A stretch of 64,000 nt of DNA, taken from contig NC_045697.1 in assembly GCF_009834535.1 (NCBI RefSeq), forward strand, positions 22,632,001 through 22,696,000. Reading direction: 5' to 3'. Under the pieces are notes generated by a model. That model saw only the letters and a program-made list of their open reading frames with translations, did no database searches and had not been told where the DNA came from. Positions 25,632-37,635 of this stretch are shown piece by piece. Numbering within the stretch: the stretch's first letter is position 1; every line of letters starts with the position of its first letter. The position numbers and the translations under genes were made by a program. This DNA is from Camelus ferus. Lineage: Eukaryota.

Positions 25632-25931
25632 TTCTAGATATATTTGTATCATCAAAACCAGTTATAGTCCAATTCTTTTGGGGTCTTCTTGTAGGTGCCG
25701 TACATAGTCAAAGAAGAAGGATAAAGTTTCTGGCGCTTGCAAACCTTGACAGACAACCGCAAATTAAAATATTGAAGAAAGAACCTGTATAAGCATTTTC
25801 TTAAATGTTGAAATTAGAGAATTGTGCTTTAAGAAACATAGCCAAATTCTATCTAGCAGCGTGCTAATGGGGGTGTCCTAGAAGTTTACTCTTAAAGGGT
25901 AAAGGACTGCCTTTCTTTCTTCCATGAATGT

Positions 25932-25959
25932 TTCCTGGAAGCTGACTCAACAAAGGAAG
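25932..25959. promoter_or_regulatory. Candidate enhancer motif cluster (STAT GAS, AP-1, SOX, ETS)
   Basis: TTCCTGGAA 25932-25940, TGACTCA 25943-25949, AACAAAG 25949-25955 and AGGAAG 25954-25959 in apparently unique DNA; motif match only. Confidence 0.25.
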
Positions 25960-26669
25960 AATCTGGATGCACACGTTCTGTTTGATGGTTAGTCAGGAGA
26001 AGTCAAAGCCCGGGAACTGACTTTATCCTGGTAAGAACAGATGTGGCTGGTCTGGCAAATAACCACTGCCCCACAAAAAACAACAGCAAAACTTCAACTG
26101 TTCTAACCTGCAACTTTTATAACCTGGATATCTAAGCACTTCACATTTGCTCTTTTAATCGTCATTTCACTGTGAAGTGGCAGGGGCTTTAATGCTCCTT
26201 TTTAAGTCAAAAGAGATGTTTTCCACAGCGGGTGCTCTCCATTTATGTGAACTTAACATGTTTCTGCCCTGACAGTTAAAAAAAGGGAAAAGACAGTCCT
26301 GTAGAAAGCAAAAATCATTTGCTGCTGCTGACCACCTGGGGACAAAAACCATCCTGTCCTTTTTATTATCTAAAGTAAAAATAACATAAGTCAATTTACT
26401 TTCAACTTTGACCTTAACATTTGACCAACTAGCCCTGTCTCTTAAGATTACATGAAGATAGTATTTCTGATACATCAGAAGATTAAAGTCGAAAATAACT
26501 GATGCAGAAGCAAGAATTAAGTTTCTATCCATAGAATTCTCCGTTTCAAATCCCTGATTCAATATTCAAACCCAAATCTTCTCCTTTGAAAGATTTATCT
26601 TTAAGCCAGTTTCAGTGGGCTATAAAAACTATTTCGTGCTTTACAACCACTTCTTTTAATACTCTCTTT

Positions 26670-27400
26670 TTAAATAATTTATTCAAGTAATGCATTATCA
26701 AGCTAGATAACAATCTAAAATGTAGAAACCCAAAAAGAAAAATTGAAATACCTAGATCCATAACATCAAAGATTACCACTAAAGACTTTTATGAATATCC
26801 TTTTGGAATGTGATACATAAAACATTTCAAGTTCCTTATCTAATTTCACCTAAATATATTGTCAAGGAATAATTAAATCAATTGATACATGCTACATCAT
26901 TTTAATGGCATTTCATCCTTTTTCATAACTATAAATTATTTTACTAATCCTGTATTTTTGAGTGTTTAAATTATTTCCAATATTACAAGTAATGTTTTAA
27001 TAAACACTCTCTTTTATATACCTTTACATGTAATTCCTGAAGACAATCCCAACAAAATGGAATTGTTTGATAAAAGTTGGCATTTTTATTGATATTAACC
27101 AATTAGCTATAAGAAAATTTACATAATGTTCTATTCCTTCCATGTGGGAATTTGAGAACCTGCTTATTAAAATTTCACTACCACTTAGCATTATCTAAAT
27201 TTTTGACTTATTTGAAGGCTGGTTTGAATTCAAATTTGGTGGTTAATAGTAATGCTAAACTCTTCTTTGTATGTATTTTTTTCCTCATTACTATTTCTTG
27301 ATTACCATTTGTTGAATTATATATCCATACTAATGGTTTGAATCTTACTAATTTGTAAGACTTCTTTGGAAACATAAAAATATTAACTTGTTGCAACTTT
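26670..27400 (-). mobile_element. Ancient L1ME-type 3' fragment
   Basis: Reverse L1ME-like motifs: ttaaattatttccaat, ataaacactctcttttatata, tattccttccatgt...ttgaga, ttttttcctcatt; highly diverged. Confidence 0.6.
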
Positions 27401-27407
27401 CTGATAA

Positions 27408-27690
27408 TTCACTCATTTCACAAATACATTAGCCTTCACTATAAGCCACAGTGTCCTAGTGACACAAAACAGCAGATGGGAACAATGGGCTTGCAGTCTG
27501 GGGGGTGGTTATTAATTAAATAATCACTGAAAGATGAATGCAAGTTATAAATTAGATAAATGTTTTGACTGAAATATTGCTACCCTTTGAAAATATAATT
27601 CAAAGTAATACTTAGACTTGATCAATCAGGAAAGACTTTTTTGGTAAAATGATGCTTAGAACAAGCTGACAGATGAATTGGTAGCAGAGA
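27408..27690 (-). mobile_element. L2 fragment
   Basis: cactcatttcacaaatacatt start; gcttgcagtctggggg; atcaggaaagacttt. Confidence 0.55.
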
Positions 27691-27695
27691 GCTTT

Positions 27696-27935
27696 TCTAA
27701 GGGACTGGTTAACCCAAAACTAAAATGTCCTCTCCTTACATGTTTCTAAGACTAATTTAAGTTTGCTCTCTGACAGTCCAGGAAAAACAGGTAGACCTGG
27801 CAGATACCAAGGCAAAATTACTGTCTAGGAAACTCCAGACTTTATCAAAGACATTGGTGTTGCCTTCCCCTAGAAATCACTATGACACCTTACTAATTGA
27901 TGGCAATATGTAAGCCACTCTGGTACTAATTGATT
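27696..27935. mobile_element. Possible ERV LTR fragment (unassigned)
   Basis: LTR-like composition directly after the L2 fragment; no termini or TSD identified. Confidence 0.25.
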
Positions 27936-27936
27936 T

Positions 27937-27960
27937 TATATATATATATATATATATATA
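27937..27960. repeat. (TA)12 microsatellite
   Basis: Counted directly. Confidence 0.92.
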
Positions 27961-28482
27961 TTTAATCTTGCTGATGGCACTGATAGCACTGCTAGCACTG
28001 ACGTCTTAGAAAGCTCAAATGCTTCGGTACAACAGGCGATAAGCCGTGCATTAACCATGAGGAAGACTGCATTTCGCCATCAGGATGGCTAACTCAAATG
28101 TTTAAAACAAAAGTATCTCTGCTGCAGAAAGCTTTCTCAGCAGGGGGTGAAAAAAGAGACCTGGGTAACTATGAATAAGATGAATAACAATAAGGTATTA
28201 CGTTTGCCTGGAATTCTGAGAGTTGAATGAATAAATAACAATGGTATCCTAAATATTAACCTAACAGATATAGTGTTTTCACAATTTTATAGTGCAAATT
28301 AACTGACAAAATAAAAGCAATGCTCTTATTCTTCTTCAGAGACAGTTCATTGAGCTAAGGGCTAATTTCTGCAGGGCTAGAAAACTGTTTTTCTCAGTTC
28401 AAGGTAGTGTCTGATGATTTCAACTCCTGTCATTTTCCTCCTTCCCAGGATTGCCTGAAGGCACAGTAGGCTCACTTATCAT

Positions 28483-28680
28483 CTGTGGTGTAACCAGCCA
28501 ACTCTCTAGAGGAGAGTGGGGAAAAGGCCCCAATTTGTGGGGTTTCCAAGTTCATGGTGTAAATGTCTTGTGAAGGCCAGTTTTGAGCTTCCAACCTGCC
28601 ACCACTGAATGTAGAGCTGGAAAGAGATACCCACACTGGTCTCTGGTGAGCTGGTTTGAGCCAGCTCCAGTGTGCCACTC
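28483..28680 (-). mobile_element. MER63A (hAT-Blackjack)
   Basis: catggtgtaaat, cactgaatgtagagctggaaagagat and gagccagctccagtgtgccact match the reverse MER63A consensus as recalled. Confidence 0.8.
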
Positions 28681-29754
28681 TTCACAGCTCTGGAATTGAG
28701 GAATACTGGTGGTTTGAGTACTTTCTTCTGTCCTCATTGGCCTCTGCTAAGGTCTAGCTTTTTACTACTTGATATTGAGAATTGGCTTTTGTCTTGGACA
28801 CCACTGGCTAGTGTTTTATCCAACCTTATGGGACAGGCAAAGCATGGTATCCCTTCTAGAAATAATACAATCATCCCTCTGCATGACTCTGTCCGAAACT
28901 TGGCTCCTAATGCCTTTGTAGCTCCTGCCATGGAATCCATAATCCCCACAACGATTTCATGGCTGCAGGGTTAGTGTTTATTTCTCTTGGAGACCTGGAT
29001 CCTAGAAATGTGGGGATATTATCTATGTTCCATGTGAGCTGAGGGAGATTTGGAAAGCAGGGGATTCTATCTCAGGCTCTCATTGACTGAAGAGGACACA
29101 TTGCCATTTCTACTCTACTGCAGCTATGTTGGCCTAGGGCTTCCTGTATTTTTGTATCCATTTTAAAAGAGTTCCAGATGATCAGTAGCCTCAACATCCC
29201 CTATACTTTCAGATCCCAAACCTAATTGTTGACTTCAAGAGATACCATCCTCCCTACCATGCCTGAATTTTGGCCTGAACCGTGGTTGGGGAATGTGAAA
29301 TCAGTACCTGCACTAGAATCTCAAGTCTATATTCTATTTTCCTAATCCTCTCCAAGTTTCCAATCACAGCAGAGATTTGTCTTATCCTTGCTTTCAGGGA
29401 AGCAGCTCTAGTTTAATTGCCACATTATACCTATGAACCACTAGATCAGGAATAAACTCTAACTCTTTGGTTTCTCAGGTTTAGCTCACTATTTAAAAAA
29501 AAAATCCTGATCTTTAGAATTCGATTTGAAACCAAAATGTTCTCCCTCAATTGCCTAGCTCTTGAGAATCAAGGGCACAATGGATTTCACGTACTTTTTA
29601 ATTTAAAATATATGCATTCATAGATCGGAGCTGAGTGATACTTTTTCATAATTTACCTTCTTTCCTTCTTGAGGCAATGAATGCCACTATAGTATTGAAA
29701 TGTGAGACTTTAAAAAGTAAAAACAGGTTTAAAACTTCTTTATCTTGCTAAAAT

Positions 29755-29960
29755 AGGTGTTCCCAATGCTAGGGAGGGGCTAGGGCTACAATGATGAACA
29801 AGGCAGACATGCCCCCTGCCTTTGTAGAAGTTACAGTGAAATTAGTATATGGATCCATTTTTCAAAATAAAAATATAGTGTGCTATGCTAAGTGGTAATA
29901 TAAGAGAAATACTGGGTGCTGTGTGAATTCAAATAGCTTGTATAGTCAGTAAAAAATTCT
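29755..29960 (-). mobile_element. L2 fragment
   Basis: gctacaatgatgaacaaggcagacatgccccctgcctttgtagaagttacagt. Confidence 0.65.
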
Positions 29961-30032
29961 ATTGAAAACCAAAATGAAGGACTCTCCAACTGGCTCAGGT
30001 TAGTGTACTGGTTAGTGTTAGAGGTTGTCCAA

Positions 30033-30375
30033 ATTTTCTTCTTCCAGTTTTACTGAGATGTAACTGACATGCAGCACTGTGTACATTTAAGGTATGTAGC
30101 ACCATGACTTGACTTACATGTATCACGAAATGATTACCACAGGAAGTTACACATCCATAATCTCATAGCTACAAAATTGTTTTTTTCCTTCTGATGAGGG
30201 TTCTTCTGAAAGCTAAGAGAGTAAATCCTAGGTAACATAGAACAGTGTTCATTATATTGATGTTGTACACTACATGCCTAGTACTTATTTATAACTGGAA
30301 GTTTGTACCGTTGGCCACCTTCAGCCAGTTCCCCGTCTTCCCACCTCCCACCTCTAGTAACCACAAATCTGACAT
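30033..30375 (-). mobile_element. LINE-1 3' end (L1MA9/laurasiatherian type) containing a micro-inversion
   Basis: ccagttttactgagatgtaactgaca, gaaatgattaccaca, ttataactggaagtttgtacc, cctctagtaaccacaaatctga. Confidence 0.88.
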
Positions 30376-30377
30376 CA

Positions 30378-30516
30378 CTTTGCACCATCAGTGTAAATGT
30401 CAACACTGAAAGTGGCAAAAATATCTTACTGGTATGAGAATTATTTTTGAACTCACAGGCCTCCATAAAGGGTCCCGGGGATCCAAGTGTTTGTGGATCA
30501 CATAGTAAGAATCTCA
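30378..30516 (-). mobile_element. Charlie1-family hAT terminal fragment
   Basis: tttgcaccatcagtgtaaatgtcaacact...aaagggtcccggggatcc...gtggatcaca resembles the Charlie1/MER119 end. Confidence 0.65.
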
Positions 30517-30529
30517 GATCTACAAAATC

Positions 30530-31015
30530 TTACCGTATGTGACCTGAGGCTTCCTCTATGTCATCACCCCATCCCCTCCCCTCACTCGCTGCACTTCTGC
30601 CACACTGACCTGATTGCTGTTCGAATACTCTAGGCATAGCCTTGCCTTTAGTAGTTGTACTGAGTGCCCCTCTGCCTAAATCAGTCTTCCAAGATATCCC
30701 AAGGGCTGACTCCCCAATGGCTAACTGCTAACTCAGCCATTGTTCAAAAGGTTACCTCCCCATGAAGCCTACTTACCCTGACCACACTATTGAAGACTGC
30801 AACTCTAAGAACTGATTCAACTTACCCTGTCCTATCTCTTCTTAGCATTTACTACAGTCTATTGTCACACTTCATATTTGTTCTCCCTCTCCCGTTATTA
30901 AGAAGGCAACATTGTGAAGGCTGTGGTTTTTACATTTTGTTTATTGCTGCATCTCATATACTTAAACTGAGTCTTGCGCATGGCAGGTTATCAATAAATA
31001 TTTATTGAATGAAAA
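30530..31015 (+). mobile_element. L2a 3' region
   Basis: ccctcactc...gccacactgacc...cccctctgcct; terminal tcaataaatatttattgaatgaa. Confidence 0.85.
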
Positions 31016-31516
31016 GAGAAATGATTCCAATTGTATATCATCTTGTTTAATGAATGTAATTTTTCATTTCTAGACCAGACAATATAAACATTAATATCTG
31101 TTGATAAAGTGAGCAATTTTAAATGATACTATCTTTTCACCTCTAACTTCTTTATCCCTGTATTCTTTTGATTCGTCTTTTATATTAGAGATTACTCAAA
31201 TATCTAATGAGCTTTTTCTCTCCATTAGTACGTACTATTGAGGTGCTAAAAAGCTTGCTGGAGGCTCTAAATGCATGTTTTCATGGTAGGGCTTCATTTT
31301 AGATTGTCCAGGTTGAGATGAAATGGTTTGTCTAGGGTCTTCCCAAATAGCAGTTATAAGTAGTTTTCCCCCCTGGATAGTCAATATCTTCAGAGGGGAA
31401 TTTTCTAGACCAACCTTGGCTAGTAGGCATTTATCTATGTCTGGTTAATACACATTTGGTTACCAAATTGGGAAAGATTTCTAGTGATATTACTCTTAAA
31501 TGTATAGACTTTAATG

Positions 31517-31727
31517 CAAATGTTAGCAAACTATTGTCTGTGGGCCAAATATAACCTGTTGTTATAAATAAAATTAAAACACAGTAAAGCTTATTCATTT
31601 ACATGACATCTATGACTGCCTCCAGCCTGCAATTTCATAGTTAACTCATTGCCACATAAACCAAATGAACTGCAAAGCCTGAAGTATTAGCTATTCGGTC
31701 CTTTGCAGAACATACATGCCCACCCTC
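31517..31727 (+). mobile_element. MER58A
   Basis: gcaaactattgtctgtgggccaaat...gcaaagcctgaagtattagctattcggtcctttgcagaa. Confidence 0.85.
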
Positions 31728-32809
31728 ACTCCCCAGTTCTGGGATGGGTGCTCTCAGCCGTTATCCCTGCTGCCTTGTGTCTTGGTGGCAGTAAACTCTG
31801 GTTTACAGTCTCAGAGAGGACACACATTCCCTGCTGATGTGTGGGAGTTAGATCTTATCGTTACCGGATGGAAGTTAGAGCTTGTCCTTACTGAATGGAA
31901 GAAGATTTGTAAGTTTACCCACTCAGATATTCTTCCCTTTTCAGTCTCACCTCTCAGGCAACAAAATTCATCCCTCCCTCCATCTTCCCAGGATAGAGCA
32001 GCACAACATCTTACCTTCTTATGCCATTGGATCTGTTAGGATGATACCAAATTTTTTTTTTTTTTTTTTGAAAAGAGACTTACTGTCCTTCCTTCACTTT
32101 TGTTATCCCAAGAATGTTTTAACATCTGGTTGCTTGATTGACCTTTTCTACTTACTGTTATTTCTATGAATTTAAATTTTTGTAAAATTTGTTTTACTTT
32201 CCAGAAGGAATATATATAAAAATTATATCCAATCCATCATGTTTAATTTGAAGTCACAGTACTATTTTTAATTTGCCATGTTTAAGATATAATTGAGTTT
32301 TTATTTGCAGCCTAATTATAAATTTAAGGATTTTTTTAATGAAATTTTAGTGTTCTACTTTTTAAAAACTATTCTGACCTGTGACATGTAAGTATTGTGT
32401 GAAGGAGGGAAAGTGGGTTTGTGTGCTTAATTTGTTAAAGACTGAGAAAGGTAAATTTGTTTAGTATTTTTACCAGGTTTTATTTGATGTGTCTCAGTGG
32501 TATGCAGTTTAGTGAATAAAAATTCATGACATTTTTAACTGGACTGTACTTCAACAATAAAAACTGGTTCATGGGGCCCACTGAATGCTTAACATTTTTA
32601 TTGTGCATAAAAGGAAAATACTTCCAAAGGGCTTTACCATAAAAGCACAGAATCATAGCTCTCTCTCCTGTCCTGTTTCCCAAGAGAACCAACCTCTAAT
32701 TCTTCTAGTAACTTTTTTTATATTTATGTTCATATATCTTATACATTGTTATATACACTTATTTTTGACATTTATAAGTTATATTTACATGTATGTATAA
32801 TTATCCATC

Positions 32810-32930
32810 GAGGTAGTCATTATGCTAGACCCTCAAATAGGTCTATGTCCTAATATGTCTACAAACATACCACAAGGTATGTTGCAGATATGTTGAAAGA
32901 TAAGAACCTTAAGGAGATTATCCTGAGACC
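32810..32930 (+). mobile_element. MLT1D/E 5' fragment
   Basis: tgtcctaat...ttgcagatatg...ggagattatcctg. Confidence 0.4.
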
Positions 32931-33047
32931 ATGAAACAATTATATGTTTAGATGGAACAATAATATAGTTATAATGTTTATATAGAAAAACTTTGCTTAA
33001 CCTGAATATTAAAGAGAGAAAAAAAAAAGAAACATACTAACCTGAAG

Positions 33048-33299
33048 GAAAAAATGGGGAAAGAGTGGAGAGGGATAAATTAGGGGTTGGGGATTAAAGA
33101 CACACACTGCTATATATAAAACAGATAAACAAGGACCTGCTGTCTAGCACAGGGAGCTACATTCAGTTTCTTGTAATAACGTATAATGGAAAAGAATCTG
33201 AAAAGAAAAAATATGTATGTATGCATATGTATAACTGAATCACTTTGTTGTACACCTGAAGCCAACATTGTAAATCAACTACATTTAAAAAAAAAAAGG
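33048..33299 (+). mobile_element. 5'-truncated cetartiodactyl L1 3'UTR with 21-bp TSD
   Basis: gggataaattaggg, aacaaggacctgctgtctagcacagggagc and an A-tail; TSD aagaaac(a/c)tactaacctgaag at 33027-33047 and 33300-33320. Confidence 0.92.
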
Positions 33300-33320
33300 A
33301 AGAAACCTACTAACCTGAAG

Positions 33321-34290
33321 AAAACCCTGGATATTAAAATTAATTTACACTTATCAAAAAACACTGTTAATAGAGTGAAATGGAAGACTGCTGTGGAACA
33401 GGATAATTCTAATACATATAATCAATATAGGACTCAGGGTCAGAGTATTTAACGGAATCCTACAAGTGATTAAGAAAAAAAGAATCTATAAATTGGTAAA
33501 AGGTTCATTTAGTCACTACACATACTTGAACATGTGAAAAGTTATTAAATGTGTGCTTCATTACAAAAGAAATAAATGCTAAAAACCCAATGCAATACCA
33601 CTGCATACCTACCAGAATGATGAAAATGAAAAAAAAAAAAAATCCAAAAACAGAAAGTAAAGGCACAAGCCAGCATCCAGAACAATTGGAACAGATCTCC
33701 TGGAGTGTGTAAATGAGCAAAACCAATTTGGAAAGTACCGAAGCTAAAGAAATGTTGACCTTATGATTAGCATCCCAGAAATCTGAGCCCAGATACTCAC
33801 TTAAGGTTCTATATTAGATTATTTATAACAACTTGACTTGTAATAGCCAGAGACTGAGGACTACCCAATGTTCATGGACATTGGGATACCTAAGTGAAGT
33901 TTAGTACAGTCACACCGTGCAAATTCTATATAGCAATATGAATGAGTGAGTTGCAGCTACAAGCAACTTCTTTGCTAAATCTCACGAAAATAATATTAAG
34001 CAAAATAGTCCAGAAAAAAATAATTTTTACTGTATATTTTCATTACTATAAGCTCAAAACAGGCAATATCAGTCTCTGGAATCAGAAGGAAGAAAAGTGA
34101 TTACATCTGAGTGCCGGTAAAGACCAGGAAGCAGAAGCAGGTGAGAGCTTCAGGGATGCTAGTTTGGGTCCGCTTCTTGAGCTGTGTGCTCTGGTTACAC
34201 AGGTGTTTTCAGTTTCTGACAGTTCATCAAGTTGTACTTTTCCGAGGTGTGCACTTACCTGTACTCATACATTTCAATAAAATCTTCCTA
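33321..34290 (+). mobile_element. Old L1ME/L1MC 3' region (host of the insertion above)
   Basis: atcaaaaaacactgttaatagagtgaaa, aatgcaataccactgcatacctaccagaatg, gggatgctagtttgg...gttcatcaagttgtac...tcaataaaa. Confidence 0.75.
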
Positions 34291-34901
34291 TTAAAACTCC
34301 TCCCTCCAACACCTGCCAAATTAACTGGCCCACCAGTTTATCAGTGATTTATACCAAGCATTTAGTGATGTTAAAAAAAAAAAAAAGAACCCTACTGTAT
34401 TTACTCCCAAGAAAATTTTAGAAGGCAAATCCTTCACTCAAGTGTTTATTAAACAATTTGTTTTCTGCACCATTAGGTACTGTTGCTGGTGAATTCTAAC
34501 TAGAACCTGTGTATTTAACATATCTTGCCTGGCCGGCATTGCAGTCTTTCCCATCATTAGAAGATGGGCAAGGAAATCACACCTGGAAGCCAAGGAAAGA
34601 CGTCCATGGAAATATTTTTGACAGCTTGAGATTAATGTAGTTGAATTCATCACTTACCTTACTGTTAGGTAAAAGAAATTACTGTTAAATCATCAGTTTT
34701 CCAATACAATCCTGGAGCATCACACTTCTAACAGAGTAAGATTTTAATAATGTCACAATTTCTCATCCTTTAATATCTTGCTAGGCATTTTTCATATAAA
34801 CTTAACTGATGAAAAATTCCATGAGGTTTATGATTCCCCAGTTCTCCTTCTCCCCAGCAGGGGAAAGTTTTGAGGCTACGCAACAGAGTGATAACGCCTG
34901 C

Positions 34902-35325
34902 TACGTTAGCGTCCTGTTGCTTCTACACCAAATTACCACAAATTTCATGGATTAAAACAATAGAAATGTGTTATCTTACAGTTCTGGAGATCAGAGGTCC
35001 AAAACAAGCATCACTGGGCTAAAATCAAAGTTTCAGCAGGGCTGTATTTCTTCCTGGAGGCTCTAGAAGAGATCCCATGCTCCCACCTTCTTCGGCCCGG
35101 AGAGGCTGCCTCACTGACTTCCGGCACCCTCCTTTACTTATAAGGACGCTTGTGATTACATTGGGCCCACCTGGGTAATCCAGGAAATTCTATCTCAAGG
35201 TTAGCTAATGAGCCACCTTAATTCCATCCGTTAACTCAATTCTTTGCCGTATGACAAAATGTGTTCACAGGTTTCAGGGTTTAAGACGCAGGCATTGTAG
35301 GCAAGTCGTTATTCTACCTGCCACA
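34902..35325 (-). mobile_element. MaLR solo LTR, MLT1D-like
   Basis: ttatcttacagttctggagatcagaggtcc, ctgggctaaaatcaa, tgtgattacattgggcccacct, ends ctgccaca; flanks cctgc/cctgt. Confidence 0.88.
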
Positions 35326-35486
35326 CCTGTCAGTACAATCACGTAATGATGCTTTATCCCTTGTTACGTATAAGTGTTAATACTGGGGAGACTACACAAA
35401 AAAGCATACGCCAATGTTGTCTTAAGTCACACATAATTATGATAATAGCTATGGCCATTTGAAAAAGTACTTAAATGTTCTATTTC

Positions 35487-35552
35487 TTTTTTATTGAGAT
35501 AATCAACATATAACATTAGTTTCAGGTGCACAACTAATGATTTGATATTTGT
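35487..35552 (-). mobile_element. Very short L1 3' tail
   Basis: tttttattgagataatcaacatataacattagtttcaggtgcacaactaatgatttgatatttgta. Confidence 0.7.
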
Positions 35553-35909
35553 AATGTTTTACTTTTGACATAGTATATTGCAAAATACTGGAGGGGTAAT
35601 TGAAAGAAAAATCCACCTTAAGAAAAAAGCATTAAATCGAAGTTCAAATTTTAAAAGAAATTTAAAATATGATCCATACACATGTATTGTAATCATTCAG
35701 GCCATTAATTCCTATTTTTATTACATCTATCCCTACTGAAGACAGGTAGAAAGTACACAATCTGGTATATATTCTTTTCTGAATGGAACATTTTAACTTT
35801 CAGATTGAGTGGATATATAAATATGCTACTCCTAATATGAAATATAAAATCTATGATTTATTTCATTTCTAATTTAATGACAAAATAAAAGATACTTGGA
35901 GAGAGAGCT

Positions 35910-36130
35910 GAACACATAATACATATAATATATAGTTATAACATAATACATGTAAATATATATGTATAAATATATATGTGGTATATTATACATCTTGATA
36001 TGTTCATATATATAACCACATATATATGTAATATTACATATTTTACTGTTTTCAGTTTATCTTTTTCTGCTTGTGTATGTGTATATATGTATATTTGACT
36101 ATATATAGTGCATAACTTTAATATGTAGTA
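35910..36130. repeat. TA-rich low-complexity region
   Basis: Degenerate atat/acat/atgt runs. Confidence 0.7.
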
Positions 36131-36959
36131 CATTCAATTCTCTTTCTAACACATTTTTCTCTGCTCCTGTTTATTTGTATGTGATTATTAATACTGGTAA
36201 AAATTCAAAATACATGAACTGAAATAGAAAATAAATGCTTTATTTCAAATTCTTAAAAGCCCCCAAACAAATGTGCAAAATCTACCAAGGCATTCATGAA
36301 ATGCTTTAAAATCCAGAGAAAATGGAATAAGGATTAAATTTGAACTGTTCTATAGAGGATGAGGATTTACTATGAGCATAGTTAGGAGTGATTTAATTCA
36401 AGCAAAACATTAAATGGTAGTGTCAAGTTCTTAGCTTGGAGCTTATTTATCATCAAATTTCTTTTCTTGGTAGTAGCATTAAGAATGTATTAATAAAAGG
36501 ATAAAGTACATTTAATACTAGAGGAAGAAAAAGTTAATGATCCTAAAAGATGGTCAAAGCTACTTGTCCTTGAGTATTTAAAATAATTTTTCTCACCTGG
36601 AAAATTACAAAATGTTATTGGATTTCATATGAGATGCAAATCCTTTAATTTCCCAGGAGCATTAAGTGGGCAAACTCTCAAACCAGATTTAGCTTTCGTT
36701 GTCCTGTCTGTTTGATGACTGACATCACTGACTTTTTTAGAGCTTTTAAGATCAATGCTGGGAGGCATAGATTTCTTCTCAAGATTTTTGCCTGCATTTG
36801 ATGGTAAACCTGTAACAAGCTATGGTTATGGCCTCATGGTCCAAATTCATTTTTTCTCCCCTTTGAGCCAGGTTTAACTGAGAAACAGAATTTGCACGCT
36901 TTCTCACTCAGCGATTTCTTCTCATCAGAAGTATAGTGTTTTTATTGAAACAACCAAAT

Positions 36960-37055
36960 TTATTTTTTACCACTTTATTGAGGTGTAATTGATATACACA
37001 AAAACTGCACTTATCTAATAGACACAATTTGATGAGTTTGGACACATGCATACAA
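36960..37055 (-). mobile_element. Short L1 (L1MB/L1MA-type) 3' tail
   Basis: ctttattgaggtgtaattgatatacacaaaaactgcac...aatttgatgagtttggacacatgcataca. Confidence 0.75.
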
Positions 37056-37544
37056 GTAAGCTTAATTTTTAACAATATTATTGTATATTCATTAATAAAT
37101 GATGATATATAATTAAGAAAAACATTCACTTAGTAAATAGAAACACAAAGGTATCTTTTTTTTCACTCTTTTCAGCTGGTATGAATATCATTTCTAACAC
37201 TGCCATTTTCATTTTAAAGAAAGAAACAATTACTCTTGATTGCTTACACTGGCATTTTATGTCTCTGAGATCACGTACTACTTTCTTTCTTTTCATAGAA
37301 AAATAAATTCTCAAGTTAAAACTGAAACAGTTAAATTTGTGTTTTCTATTCCCATCAGTTGGTCTTAGCCCTGTTGAACCTGGAACATATCAAGTACCAT
37401 TGACTTCAGACTAGACCATCTTTCTTCCTAAAAGCATTGTATTCCAAAGGATCAAATGATGCTTGTGAAAGATTTAAATCTTGAAATAAGCTATGCTGCA
37501 ATTTATTTTTAGCTTGTTTGTTTCATTGTCTTTGTTTTATTTTC

Positions 37545-37635
37545 ATTTGTCTCTTTTATCCTCACCTTTTCTCCCTCTGCCCCTCCTTCCCTTCTTCTTT
37601 CCTTCCTCCCTCTTTTTTCTCTCTTTCTCTTTCAA
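37545..37635. repeat. CT-rich low-complexity tract
   Basis: Nearly pure pyrimidine run. Confidence 0.75.

Noticed and set aside
26167..26562. Longest ORF in the track (131 aa, minus strand)
   Set aside because: Starts at TTG, has no recognisable domain or promoter context, and its length is within chance expectation for 64 kb.
27972..28001. Short imperfect repeats of gcactg(a/c)ta, and similar short repeats at ~20528, ~50545 and ~61466
   Set aside because: Ordinary slippage repeats; no repeat-spacer structure, so not CRISPR-like.
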